DNA of 64,000 nt, taken from NCBI GenBank assembly GCA_964291655.2, contig OZ219802.1, positions 320,001 through 384,000 on the forward strand, written 5' to 3'. Source of the stretch: Chloroflexota bacterium. Lineage in GTDB: Bacteria > Chloroflexota > UBA11872 > VXOZ01. A model generated the notes under the pieces. It was not told where the DNA came from. It saw only the letters and a program-made list of their open reading frames with translations, and did no database searches. The translations under genes were made by a program, and so were the position numbers. Below, one piece after another: positions 10,717-19,435 of this stretch. Numbering within the stretch: the stretch's first letter is position 1; each line of letters starts with the position of its first letter.

Positions 10717-11304
10717 ATGGCTCGTACCAGTGCGCAAGTACCCAAGAAACGGAACTTGCTCCGTTCAACCCAACGCAGGTGTGCGGTACGCTTGGCAGAC
10801 GCCGGAGAGCAGTGGGGATGGTTTGCGGTTGCGGCGACGGCTACGGGCATCTGCGAGGCCACATTTGGGCACGAAAACATGCTGGAAGCAGGTAAGGCAC
10901 TGGAAGAGAGACTCGGCGCGCCCGTCGGAGCCAATGACGACGCTGAGCATATTGCCAAAGCCGCCGAGCAAGAACTACATGCGTTTTTCGCGGGGGAGGG
11001 AATCACGTTTAGCGTACCCATCTCCCTGGCCGGTACGGCGTTCCAACGTGCCGTGTGGGAAGAGACGAGCGCCATCGCGTACGGAAAGCTCGCTACTTAT
11101 CAGGAAATAGCAAGACGAATCGGCAAGCCCCAGGCGTATCGGGCGGTTGGCAATGCGCTGGGACAGAATCCGCTGCCCGTCTTCGTGCCCTGCCATCGCG
11201 TGATTGCGAGCGACGGCAGCTACGGGGGGTACACGCGCGGACTGCCGTGGAAAGAACGTCTGTTAGCGCTTGAGGGATCGGTCAATTTGGTGCAACTCAA
11301 GTAG
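10717..11304 (+). CDS. ogt: Methylated-DNA--protein-cysteine methyltransferase
   Basis: GTAFQRAVW, RAVGNA, NPLPVFVPCHRV active site. Confidence 0.93.
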   Translation: MARTSAQVPKKRNLLRSTQRRCAVRLADAGEQWGWFAVAATATGICEATFGHENMLEAGKALEERLGAPVGANDDAEHIAKAAEQELHAFFAGEGITFSVPISLAGTAFQRAVWEETSAIAYGKLATYQEIARRIGKPQAYRAVGNALGQNPLPVFVPCHRVIASDGSYGGYTRGLPWKERLLALEGSVNLVQLK

Positions 11305-11329
11305 CTGCCCTCGACCTCACGAACGCCCC

Positions 11330-11692
11330 TCAGATTCCGTACGGCTTTGAGTCATCCATTTCTTGGGTTGGCGCGCTCTGCATCTCTTCCTCCCCACGCA
11401 TGTGGCTGAACATGTCGTCGTTATAGAACCCGGCTTCTTCTCCCCGATAGACGGTTACCATTAGGTCTTCGCGCGGAACTTCGGCCGAAAGAACGAGATG
11501 ATTGTCGATTTCCTCGATAACGCCGAATTGCTCGTGCTCGGAGAGGTCTTGGAACAGGACCAAGGTACAATAGACGACCGTGTGCGCATAGTGAAGTTCA
11601 ATCTGCGCAAGCTGCTCACCATTCTTGTGCACTCGATAGCCTTCAGATGAGGGAGTGCGGTACTGTCTTTCAAATACAAGCGCCGGGGTCAT
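11330..11692 (-). CDS. Hypothetical acidic protein (resembles Chloroflexota-conserved proteins)
   Basis: 120 aa, starts 4 nt after the nadC stop, SD overlaps nadC end; FERQYRTPSSEGY...ELHY...EIDNHLVLSAEVPREDLMVTVYRG. Confidence 0.75.
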   Translation of the reverse strand: MTPALVFERQYRTPSSEGYRVHKNGEQLAQIELHYAHTVVYCTLVLFQDLSEHEQFGVIEEIDNHLVLSAEVPREDLMVTVYRGEEAGFYNDDMFSHMRGEEEMQSAPTQEMDDSKPYGI

Positions 11693-11696
11693 TTAC

Positions 11697-12551
11697 CTAT
11701 CCTTCAATGTCAAGACTAATATCTAATGCCGCTGCCGAATGCGTAAGCATGCCCACTGAGACAAGGTCTACACCGGCGAGGGCTGCATCTCTCACCGACT
11801 CGAGGGTAATGCCACCCGAAGCCTCCGTGAATGCTCTGCCCTTCACCATTGCAACCGCCTGTGCCATCTTTGCGGGCGGCATGTTGTCGAGCAGGATGCC
11901 ATCCGCACCTGCCTCCAGTGCCTTGGCAACCTGATTCAAGGTCTTGGCCTCAATCTGAATCTTAAGCAGATGATGAACTGAAGACCGCGCTCTCTTCACT
12001 GCCGCAGTTAATGAGCCGCACGCAGCGATGTGATTATCTTTGATGAGGACGCCGTCAAAGAGTCCAATGCGATGGTTATGGCCACCGCCAATACGGACAG
12101 CGTACTTTTCCAGCAGTCGCAGGCCCGGCGTGGTCTTGCGGGTATCGACAATAGTGGCATTCGTTTCCGCCACAGCCTCGACGAAAGCCCTCGTCAACGT
12201 GGCCACACCCGAAAGGTGTCGGAGGATGTTGAGGGCGACACGCTCGCCTGTAAGAATTGCTTGCAGCGGTCCCTCCACACGCAGGAAGGTCTCACCAGGC
12301 TTGAGGCATTCTCCGTCCGCGTGCAGCAAAGTTGCGCGTACGGCATGATCCAGATGAGTGAAGACCCTTGCGGCGATCGGATTTCCCGCCAGTACACCGG
12401 ATTGCTTGGCATGAGCGACCGCCACACCTACTTGGCTTGCAGGGACGAGGGCTTGTGTTGTAACGTCGCCTGCGCCTACGTCCTCCGCTAAGGCTCGCCG
12501 GACGAAATCGTCGATGACATTTGATGAAATGGGCAATTGAGCATTATTCAT
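11697..12551 (-). CDS. nadC: Quinolinate phosphoribosyltransferase
   Basis: ALAEDVGAGDVTT, TGERVALN, DTRKTTPGLR, HRIGLFD..LIKDNH, LLDNM, EASGGI. Confidence 0.97.
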   Translation of the reverse strand: MNNAQLPISSNVIDDFVRRALAEDVGAGDVTTQALVPASQVGVAVAHAKQSGVLAGNPIAARVFTHLDHAVRATLLHADGECLKPGETFLRVEGPLQAILTGERVALNILRHLSGVATLTRAFVEAVAETNATIVDTRKTTPGLRLLEKYAVRIGGGHNHRIGLFDGVLIKDNHIAACGSLTAAVKRARSSVHHLLKIQIEAKTLNQVAKALEAGADGILLDNMPPAKMAQAVAMVKGRAFTEASGGITLESVRDAALAGVDLVSVGMLTHSAAALDISLDIEG

Positions 12552-12605
12552 GGTTGTTCTGTCAATACGCCACAATTACTTGCCAGAGACTGTTTAAGGG
12601 ATATT

Positions 12606-14174
12606 TCACGTGCCCGGATAGATTACGATGCGGTGGCGCCATGCATCACTCGAATCGGGAAAATCTCGGCGATAGTGCGCACCTCGGCTCTCTGTTCGCA
12701 AGCGAGCTGCAGTCGTCGTGAGCAGTCCCATCACCAACGATGAGCGGTATTCACATTGACGCCGACTCTTGCCTACCGGCGTCCGCGCAAGCCACTCCTG
12801 CAATTGGCCTTCCGCCTCTCGCAGGCCCCGCTCCTCTCGCACGATGCCCGTATTGTGCCACATCAGTTGCTTGAGCGCTGGCAGGGCACTTCCTGCGCGC
12901 CTGCGGCCTGTTGACACGGGGGGAAGTGGAATGCGTACGTGTGAGTTCGGCGCGAGTGCCGGCTGATACCTTGCCGGCATACCGTATTCCGGTACGGACA
13001 CGCCTTGCGTGTCCAATACAATACGCCTCGCGAATACTAACGCTTCAAGCAGAGAGTTGCTCGCCAGACGATTAGCGCCATGTACACCGCTGCACGCAAC
13101 CTCCCCGCACGCATAAAGGCCGAGCAATGATGTCCGTCCATGTAGATCGGTGAGCACCCCACCCGTCATGTAGTGGGCCGCCGGGGCCACGGGAATGAGC
13201 TGGGAAGTTATGTCAATATCATATCGTTGGCAACGTGAATAGATCGTGGGAAAGTGCGTCCTCGATTCCTCTGCATCCAAGTGCCGCATGTCCAAGTAGA
13301 CGCAGCCACTCTTTGAACGGGCCATCTCCGTTACGGCGGCACGCGCGACCACGTCGCGAGGAGCTAGTTCGTCACGCTCATGGTAGCGGCCCATGTACCG
13401 TTCACCGCAGCTATTGCGCAGGTGCGCTCCCGCACCGCGCACGGCCTCGGAGATCAAGAACGACGGCGCACCCGATTTTCGCAACGCGGTGGGATGAAAT
13501 TGAAAGAACTCCATGTCCGCAATGCCCGCACCGGCCTGAAACGCCAGCGCAACGCCGTCCCCCGTTGCGATACTCGGGTTCGTGGTATAGGCAAAGAGTT
13601 GTCCGCCGCCACCGGAGCACAATACGACATTGCGGGAGCGATATGCGTGGAATGTGCCGTCTCGCACATTTAGCGCCTCGACTCCGACACAGCGCTGGCC
13701 TTGCACAAGCAATTTCGTGGCGAGATGATTTTCGCGAATAGTTACCGCGGAGCGGCGCGTATAGCGCGAGAGCGCACTCTCGATCTCAGCGCCGGTCGCG
13801 TCACCGCGCGCATGAAGCACGCGGGGCACGGAGTGCGCCCCTTCTATAGCCAAGTTGATCTCACCATGCAAGGTGTCGAAGTTTACACCAAGGGTCATCA
13901 ACTCGCGGACACAGGCGGGGCCCTCGGAGGCCATAGCCATCACGGCTTCCGGGTCGCACAACCCCGCGCCGGCAACCATAGTGTCTTCCCAGTGTAGGGC
14001 GGCGCTATCGTCAGAGGCAACTGCGGCCGCTACCCCGCCCTGCGCATATCGTGTATTTGATTGTGACAGTCGACCCTTGGTCAAGATCAGCACGGAACCA
14101 AATTGGCGTGCGTAGTGCGCGGCGTAGAGTCCGGCAATACCGCTGCCGATAATGATGTAGTCGTAGCTAACTAT
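12606..14174 (-). CDS. nadB: L-aspartate oxidase (start uncertain: ATA 14174 or GTG 14213)
   Basis: IIGSGIAGL, AQGGVAA, EGAHS, QFHPT, SEAVRG, LAPRDVVAR, GVHGANRLASNSLLE, ESRGAHYR. Confidence 0.95.
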   Translation of the reverse strand: MVSYDYIIIGSGIAGLYAAHYARQFGSVLILTKGRLSQSNTRYAQGGVAAAVASDDSAALHWEDTMVAGAGLCDPEAVMAMASEGPACVRELMTLGVNFDTLHGEINLAIEGAHSVPRVLHARGDATGAEIESALSRYTRRSAVTIRENHLATKLLVQGQRCVGVEALNVRDGTFHAYRSRNVVLCSGGGGQLFAYTTNPSIATGDGVALAFQAGAGIADMEFFQFHPTALRKSGAPSFLISEAVRGAGAHLRNSCGERYMGRYHERDELAPRDVVARAAVTEMARSKSGCVYLDMRHLDAEESRTHFPTIYSRCQRYDIDITSQLIPVAPAAHYMTGGVLTDLHGRTSLLGLYACGEVACSGVHGANRLASNSLLEALVFARRIVLDTQGVSVPEYGMPARYQPALAPNSHVRIPLPPVSTGRRRAGSALPALKQLMWHNTGIVREERGLREAEGQLQEWLARTPVGKSRRQCEYRSSLVMGLLTTTAARLRTESRGAHYRRDFPDSSDAWRHRIVIYPGT

Positions 14175-14352
14175 GTTTCTACCGCCAATTTCGACTGCAG
14201 ATGAATGCTGCACTCTAAGATACTTGACCCTGGTGCTGTCCTCAACTGAGCAAAGCAAAGCTTCAAACGGACCGAGAAAGAGCGATTTCTGTAGCCGCTT
14301 TGCCGAACGAGAAGAGGTGCGCTACGACCTCTATTCCGACTCAAATGGACTG

Positions 14353-14381
14353 TTTACAGAGCATTGGGTGCACCGTATACT
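14353..14381 (+). promoter_or_regulatory. Sigma70-type promoter for DtxR-family gene
   Basis: TTTACA-17 nt-TATACT. Confidence 0.55.
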
Positions 14382-14449
14382 AAATCCCAGCCTGTGCCCT
14401 TTGCTAGGGTACTGCATTACTAGAGTTTCTTACGAGGATTCGCGTCGTT

Positions 14450-15166
14450 ATGAGCGGAGAAGCGCAAGCATCGAAGGCTCGACCCACTACGGCGGGCATC
14501 GAGCGTTACTTGGAAGCAATCTACGCCTTGGGAGATGAAGGCCGCGATGACATCGCGGCAAGGTTCGCAGAGCACTTGGGCGTAGCTGCATCCACCGTTA
14601 CCGAAGCGCTCCGCCGTTTGGTCAGGGAAGGATACGTAGCACTTAGCCAGCGCAGAGAGATTGAGTTAACGCCCAAAGACCGGGAGATTACGAAACGCAT
14701 AGTACGTCGTCACCGGCTATCGGATCGGCTGCAAACAGACATGCATGGTGTTCCCTGGTATGACGTGCATGAGGAGGCGAGCCGCCTCGATCATGCTATA
14801 TCGCCCAGTGTGGAAGCCAAGCTTGCCGCTCTCTTGGGCGACCCCGCCACGTGTCCGCATAGCAATCCCATTCCTGGATCCGGAACTCCCAACCTGGAAT
14901 CGGGTTTCTACCTCGACGTGGCCAGCCAGGGCGACGTGCTTGTGGTGGAAGATATTACAGAGCAGACGGAACAGGATAGTCGTCTCCTGGAATTCTTTCA
15001 CCGCAATGGCATCGTTCCTGGTGTGATAGCCACGGTTGCCCAAATTGCGCAATCTGCCGGCGCTATCGAGCTGCGCGTTGGTGATCAGACGGTCGGCATC
15101 AGCTAGCAAGCGGCGAACTGAATCTTCGTTCAACCTGTAGAGCAGCGTCACGCCAGCATGCGATAG
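14450..15166 (+). pseudogene. DtxR/IdeR/MntR-family metalloregulator, probably degenerate (ORF stops at 15106)
   Basis: wHTH + dimerisation + FeoA domain; homologous-looking C-terminus continues through TAG 15104 and TGA 15119 (GIS*QAAN*IFV); several metal ligands substituted. Confidence 0.7.
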
Positions 15167-15242
15167 ATCGGCAATCTAGATCGCTTGTAGATTTCGCTGG
15201 TTCAGCCGCAGTTCTAGAGGGACCACCGAAGGGCAGAGGGAC

Positions 15243-15683
15243 ATGCCGAAACGAGAATCGCGCAAGCGGAGAAAGTATCACGCAGCATCGAGAGGCAAAG
15301 GAACCTCGGGTGAGACGCGAGATACTCCTGCTGAACCTGATAGCAAAAATGGGGACGCGGATAGTCGGCCGCGGCGAGTCTTCGTATGTATTGGCTCGTC
15401 TTGCTCCGACCAAAAGAGCCGAGGCATCTTAACCGAGCTTAAGAAACAGATTGAGCGACAAGACCTCACAAATCGCACACACGTGTACACGGCGACGTGC
15501 CTCAGCCACTGCCTACGGGCGCCGGTTATGCAGGTCTATCCCGAAGGCACGCTGTATTGCAACATCCTCCCGCGGGACGTGCGCACGATCGTGACTGAAC
15601 ACTTGGAAAAGGGCCAGACGGTTGATCACTTTGCGTTTGATCCCTTCGCCACAGTTCGCTGGAACGATGAAATAGACTCTTGA
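15243..15683 (+). CDS. Thioredoxin-like [2Fe-2S] ferredoxin
   Basis: VFVCIGSSC...TCLSHC..APVMQVYPEGTLY; basic low-complexity N-terminus. Confidence 0.85.
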   Translation: MPKRESRKRRKYHAASRGKGTSGETRDTPAEPDSKNGDADSRPRRVFVCIGSSCSDQKSRGILTELKKQIERQDLTNRTHVYTATCLSHCLRAPVMQVYPEGTLYCNILPRDVRTIVTEHLEKGQTVDHFAFDPFATVRWNDEIDS

Positions 15684-15751
15684 TTAATTGGGACGAGGCG
15701 GCCCATTACTTACGGTCGCCATGTGAATAGTCTATTCGCGGCCTGGTTCCC

Positions 15752-16954
15752 TCACACAGATGACGGCGAGACTGAAGTCTCTTCTGCCGCAGCGTGAGCG
15801 AAGTCGCCGGCGGCTTCAGACGAGTTTCGACCTTGGAGAGCATCCTCAACTTCCGCTCGCACCACAGGTGGAAGCAACTGCTCCAAGGCATGGCCCAAAG
15901 CCTCGCTTGCAGCCACCTCACTGAAGCAGCCTAGCGCCCAAGCCGCGTGCTCCCGCAGCATGTTGGGCTCACTTTCGTCCATGAGAATACGACGAAGCGC
16001 GGGAATTGCCACCGGGTCGCCCGCATTGCCCAACGCAACGATGGCATTTCGCCTCAATCCCAGACGCTTCGTGCGCATGAGCGGCGTGCCCTGAAAGCGA
16101 TCCTTGAACTCCTCATCTGTGATCTCTAGCAGAGGAAGCAGGGGCATGGTGGGCCCGACGCCGGGCCGCGGAAGGAAGTCGTCATCGGCATCGGCAGTCG
16201 GGTAGCGATTGACCGGGCACACATCCTGACAGATGTCACAGCCAAAGACACGTGTACCCATAAGTGATCGGAGTTCGCGAGGTATGCCGCCGCGATTCTC
16301 GATGGTGAGATAGGAAATACAGCGGCGCGAATCAACCTGGTAGGGAGCCACGATTGCGCCGGTGGGACAGGCGTCAATGCACCGGGTACAGCTCCCGCAA
16401 TTCTTCTTTAGAGGCTTTGTGTATTCCAATTGCAGATCGGTAATCACTTCGGCGAGAAAGACCCATGTACCTTGCTCCTCCGTCAAGATCATGGTGCTCT
16501 TGCCGTACCAGCCAACACCGGCGCGAAATGCTGCGGCGCGATCGAGGATAGGTCCTGTGTCTGCGAAGAAGCGTGCAGAGGCGTGTTTCGATTCCAAAAA
16601 TGACACCAGCTTCTTCAGCTTTTTCCGAAGCACGTTGTGGTAGTCCCTGCCCCACGCGTAGCGTGACACGACGCCGCTGGGACCGCGAGCGCGCGGCGAA
16701 TCTGTCCGCTGCTCGCCAACGTAATAGGGAAGAGCAAGCGAGATGATTGACCGGGCATTCGAGAGCAGCCAATCAGGCCGTGTGCCGCGCTCGACTCGTT
16801 CCGAGGTATACCAAGCCATACCATCGAGATAGCCGGCCTTCAGACGGGCTCGGGCGGCAGCACGGGTCTCGGTAAATGGATGCGCGGGCGCGATGCCCAC
16901 CGGGCGGAAGCCGAGTGCGGCCGCACGCTGCTTGATTTCTTCGGTAATGGTCAT
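15752..16954 (-). CDS. queG: Epoxyqueuosine reductase QueG with C-terminal HEAT-like repeats
   Basis: SRYAWGRDYH, DTGPILDR, CGSCTRCIDACPT, CISYLTIE, GCDICQDVCP, HAAWALG; start could be 16984/16987. Confidence 0.95.
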   Translation of the reverse strand: MTITEEIKQRAAALGFRPVGIAPAHPFTETRAAARARLKAGYLDGMAWYTSERVERGTRPDWLLSNARSIISLALPYYVGEQRTDSPRARGPSGVVSRYAWGRDYHNVLRKKLKKLVSFLESKHASARFFADTGPILDRAAAFRAGVGWYGKSTMILTEEQGTWVFLAEVITDLQLEYTKPLKKNCGSCTRCIDACPTGAIVAPYQVDSRRCISYLTIENRGGIPRELRSLMGTRVFGCDICQDVCPVNRYPTADADDDFLPRPGVGPTMPLLPLLEITDEEFKDRFQGTPLMRTKRLGLRRNAIVALGNAGDPVAIPALRRILMDESEPNMLREHAAWALGCFSEVAASEALGHALEQLLPPVVRAEVEDALQGRNSSEAAGDFAHAAAEETSVSPSSV

Positions 16955-17384
16955 GATTGCGCCAGTGAACCTTCGTTCTGCCATCACATCTTGATTGCAT
17001 TGAGAGACTCGTGTAATGCCGCTTACCCTTAGTGTAGCTCAGACGCAAAGGGAACTTCCGTGTAACCTTAGATGTCCCTCCGGCGCGGGTCGTGCGCAGC
17101 CATTGCAGCCTGAATCCCACAATTCCCGCAAGCGCACGTATGCCTCATCGCTCCCGACTATGTGTACGCGTTGCGCGACCAGCTTCTCTTCTCTCATTCC
17201 AACCGCAACAGGCGAGTTGAGCTGACACTGGCACTAAGCCGAGGTCCATTGGACTGCAAGGCGCAGCCTGGCTCACTCCCCGAGAATTTTCGGCAAATCT
17301 TGGGAGCCGCTCCGTGGTTAGGATTGCCAAGAATCCCGACACAAAAACATTGCTATTGCTTTCCACAAAAACTGCCGGATCGTC

Positions 17385-17414
17385 TTGACCCCCACTATTG
17401 GCTGCGGCTATAAT
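17385..17414 (+). promoter_or_regulatory. Sigma70 promoter of the mraZ/dcw operon
   Basis: TTGACC-18 nt-TATAAT. Confidence 0.7.
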
Positions 17415-17420
17415 TGCGCT

Positions 17421-17476
17421 TGTGGATAGAAGTGGGGATAAGTGGGGGGAAGTGTGGATAAGTCCCCCTAAGTGGG
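17421..17476 (+). promoter_or_regulatory. MraZ operator: six 10-bp-periodic aGTGG-type direct repeats
   Basis: tGTGGataga aGTGGggata aGTGGgggga aGTGTggata aGTCCcccta aGTGGg, directly upstream of mraZ; matches known 10-bp-spaced MraZ-binding repeats. Confidence 0.8.
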
Positions 17477-17479
17477 CAG

Positions 17480-17917
17480 GTGACCTTGTTCCTTGGCGAG
17501 TTTCAACACACCGTGGATCAAAAGGGACGTCTCGCTATCCCGGCAAAGTTTCGTGAAGAGCTTGCGGACGGCGCCGTGGTCACGCGTGGCCTTGATAAGT
17601 GCTTAGTCATCTACCCGCGCATTGAGTGGGAAACACTTGCAGAAAAAGTCAGCCGGCTACCGCAAACCCAACCAAATGTGCGAACCCTGAGCCGTCTGCT
17701 CTTTTCAGGTGCTGTAGACCTCTCACTGGACGGTCAAGGCCGGACAATTCTTCCACAATACCTGCGCGAATATGCCGGAATCACAGCGAATGTGGCGGTT
17801 ATCGGATTATACCAGCGCATTGAAGTCTGGTGTCTTGAGGATTGGAACGCGGTCAAGACCACAACTGAAGCTGCAGGCGGCAGTCTCGCAGAACAGCTGG
17901 CTGATCTTGGCATTTAA
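17480..17917 (+). CDS. mraZ: Division/cell-wall cluster transcriptional repressor MraZ
   Basis: FLGEFQHTVDQKGRLAIPAKFR, LDGQGR, RIEVW. Confidence 0.97.
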   Translation: MTLFLGEFQHTVDQKGRLAIPAKFREELADGAVVTRGLDKCLVIYPRIEWETLAEKVSRLPQTQPNVRTLSRLLFSGAVDLSLDGQGRTILPQYLREYAGITANVAVIGLYQRIEVWCLEDWNAVKTTTEAAGGSLAEQLADLGI

Positions 17918-17962
17918 CTCAATGGGAATGCTTCACGCATTTTGCGACTAAATCCAGGTTAA

Positions 17963-17984
17963 TTGGACTTGACTTTGGACTTGA
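17963..17984 (+). repeat. Direct repeat TTGGACTTGA x2 (12-nt period) between mraZ and rsmH
   Basis: Exact 10-mers at 17963-17972 and 17975-17984. Confidence 0.6.
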
Positions 17985-18002
17985 ATCGTCAGGAACTGCC
18001 CC

Positions 18003-18944
18003 ATGGCCGCACAGACCGTTGCAATGCATGTGCCCGTCCTGCTACCCCAAGTATTGGAGGGTCTACGGGCGAGCAACGGTGGACGATTCATCGATTGCAC
18101 CGTTAACGGAGGCGGCCACGCCGCAGGGATACTATCTGAAAGCACTCCCGGTGGTCTCTTGCTGGGGTTGGACGTCGACCGCCAAGCACTAGTTCGCTGC
18201 ACGGCACGACTGCAGGGCTTCGGCAAACGGGCATTGCTTAAGCAGTGCAACTTCGCCCATTTGCTTGCCGAGGCAGAACACAGCGGATTCTGCAAGGCGA
18301 ACGGCATTCTCTTCGATCTCGGCATGTCGTCCCTGCAAATCGCAAATCCCGAACGCGGGTTTTCTTGGCAACAAGAAGGTCCCTTAGACATGCGCATGGA
18401 CCCGACGCAAGGTCTCACCGCAGCCACAATAGTCAATACGTGGGATCAAGAGGCCCTGGGAAACCTGATCTGGGAGTTCGGCGAAGAGCGACATGCGCGG
18501 CGCATCGCGCGGCGCATCGTCGCCCAACGACGCGATCGTCCACTGACCGTGGTCAGCGACCTGGCAAGAATCGTGCAGGCTGCCTATGGGGGCGGAAGAC
18601 ACCGCATTCACCCAGCCACAAGGACATTCCAGGCCCTGCGCATTGCCGTAAACGGTGAATTGGATCACCTGCAGAGCGCTTTGGAGCAGGCCCGTGATCT
18701 CCTCGTTTGCGGTGGTCGCCTGGTTGTCATTGCTTTTCACAGCCTGGAGGACCGCATTGTGAAGGGGTTCCTGCAGCGCGCAGCGGGGCAGTGCATCTGT
18801 CCTGGAAACATTCCACAGTGTGTTTGCGGTCCGCGCGTTACGCTTCGCGTGCTGACACGGAAGCCCGTACGGGCTGACGAGGCGGAAATCGCGAATAATC
18901 CACGCAGTCGCAGTGCGCGCCTTCGCATCGCTGAACGTGTTTGA
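18003..18944 (+). CDS. rsmH: 16S rRNA m4C1402 methyltransferase
   Basis: HVPVLL, DCTVNGGGH, DLGMSS, PLDMRM, HPATRTFQALRIAVN, FHSLEDR, NPRSRSARLR. Confidence 0.97.
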   Translation: MAAQTVAMHVPVLLPQVLEGLRASNGGRFIDCTVNGGGHAAGILSESTPGGLLLGLDVDRQALVRCTARLQGFGKRALLKQCNFAHLLAEAEHSGFCKANGILFDLGMSSLQIANPERGFSWQQEGPLDMRMDPTQGLTAATIVNTWDQEALGNLIWEFGEERHARRIARRIVAQRRDRPLTVVSDLARIVQAAYGGGRHRIHPATRTFQALRIAVNGELDHLQSALEQARDLLVCGGRLVVIAFHSLEDRIVKGFLQRAAGQCICPGNIPQCVCGPRVTLRVLTRKPVRADEAEIANNPRSRSARLRIAERV

Positions 18945-18961
18945 CTGCTTAGGAGCGGCAG

Positions 18962-19435
18962 ATGGCACAACAAGACGCAATTCTACCTCGACCGAACGCA
19001 CGTGCGGACAGTCCTGAGCGCAAGCCGTGGTATTACGAACTTAGCCCGTTAGTAGCAGTGGACATGGGCATTCTCGTGCTGTTTCTTGTCGGATTGCTCT
19101 ATCTGATGCCCACGGGTCAAGTCGCTGACGCCGGCTTTCGGATTCAGGCATTGGAACGCACCATTGAGCAAGTCGAACGGGAAAACCAGCTATTGAGGAC
19201 TCAGATTGCCCAAGCCAGCGATCTGCGCACCATAGAATCTATCGCCAGAGGGCGGCTCGGCATGGTGCCGGCAAGCCGGGTGCATTTTGTGCAGGTGCCT
19301 GAACGAGCAAAGCAGCTGGTGCTGACTCAAGATGCGGAAGCAAGTGAGAAGAACTGGCCGTTCAGCACCCGATGGGACCTTGTTCGCGAGCAATTCAACG
19401 CGCTCTTCGGCGAGGAGTCTCTCAATGCCTGGTGA
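18962..19435 (+). CDS. ftsL: FtsL-like cell division protein
   Basis: Position between rsmH and PBP; one TM, coiled coil, IESIARGRLGM. Confidence 0.75.
   Translation: MAQQDAILPRPNARADSPERKPWYYELSPLVAVDMGILVLFLVGLLYLMPTGQVADAGFRIQALERTIEQVERENQLLRTQIAQASDLRTIESIARGRLGMVPASRVHFVQVPERAKQLVLTQDAEASEKNWPFSTRWDLVREQFNALFGEESLNAW

Noticed and set aside
15104-15121. Pyrrolysine/selenocysteine or alternative-code readthrough of TAG and TGA
   Set aside because: TAG and TGA end many normal genes in this window, and the gene also carries multiple damaging substitutions; decay is the simpler explanation
16988-17380. Cobalamin or preQ1 riboswitch upstream of queG
   Set aside because: No B12-box or preQ1 consensus recognised on the minus strand; an Infernal search would be needed to exclude it fully
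17421-17476. Periodic repeats as a CRISPR array or iterons
   Set aside because: The period is only 10 bp with no spacers, no cas or rep gene is nearby, and the position fits MraZ operators
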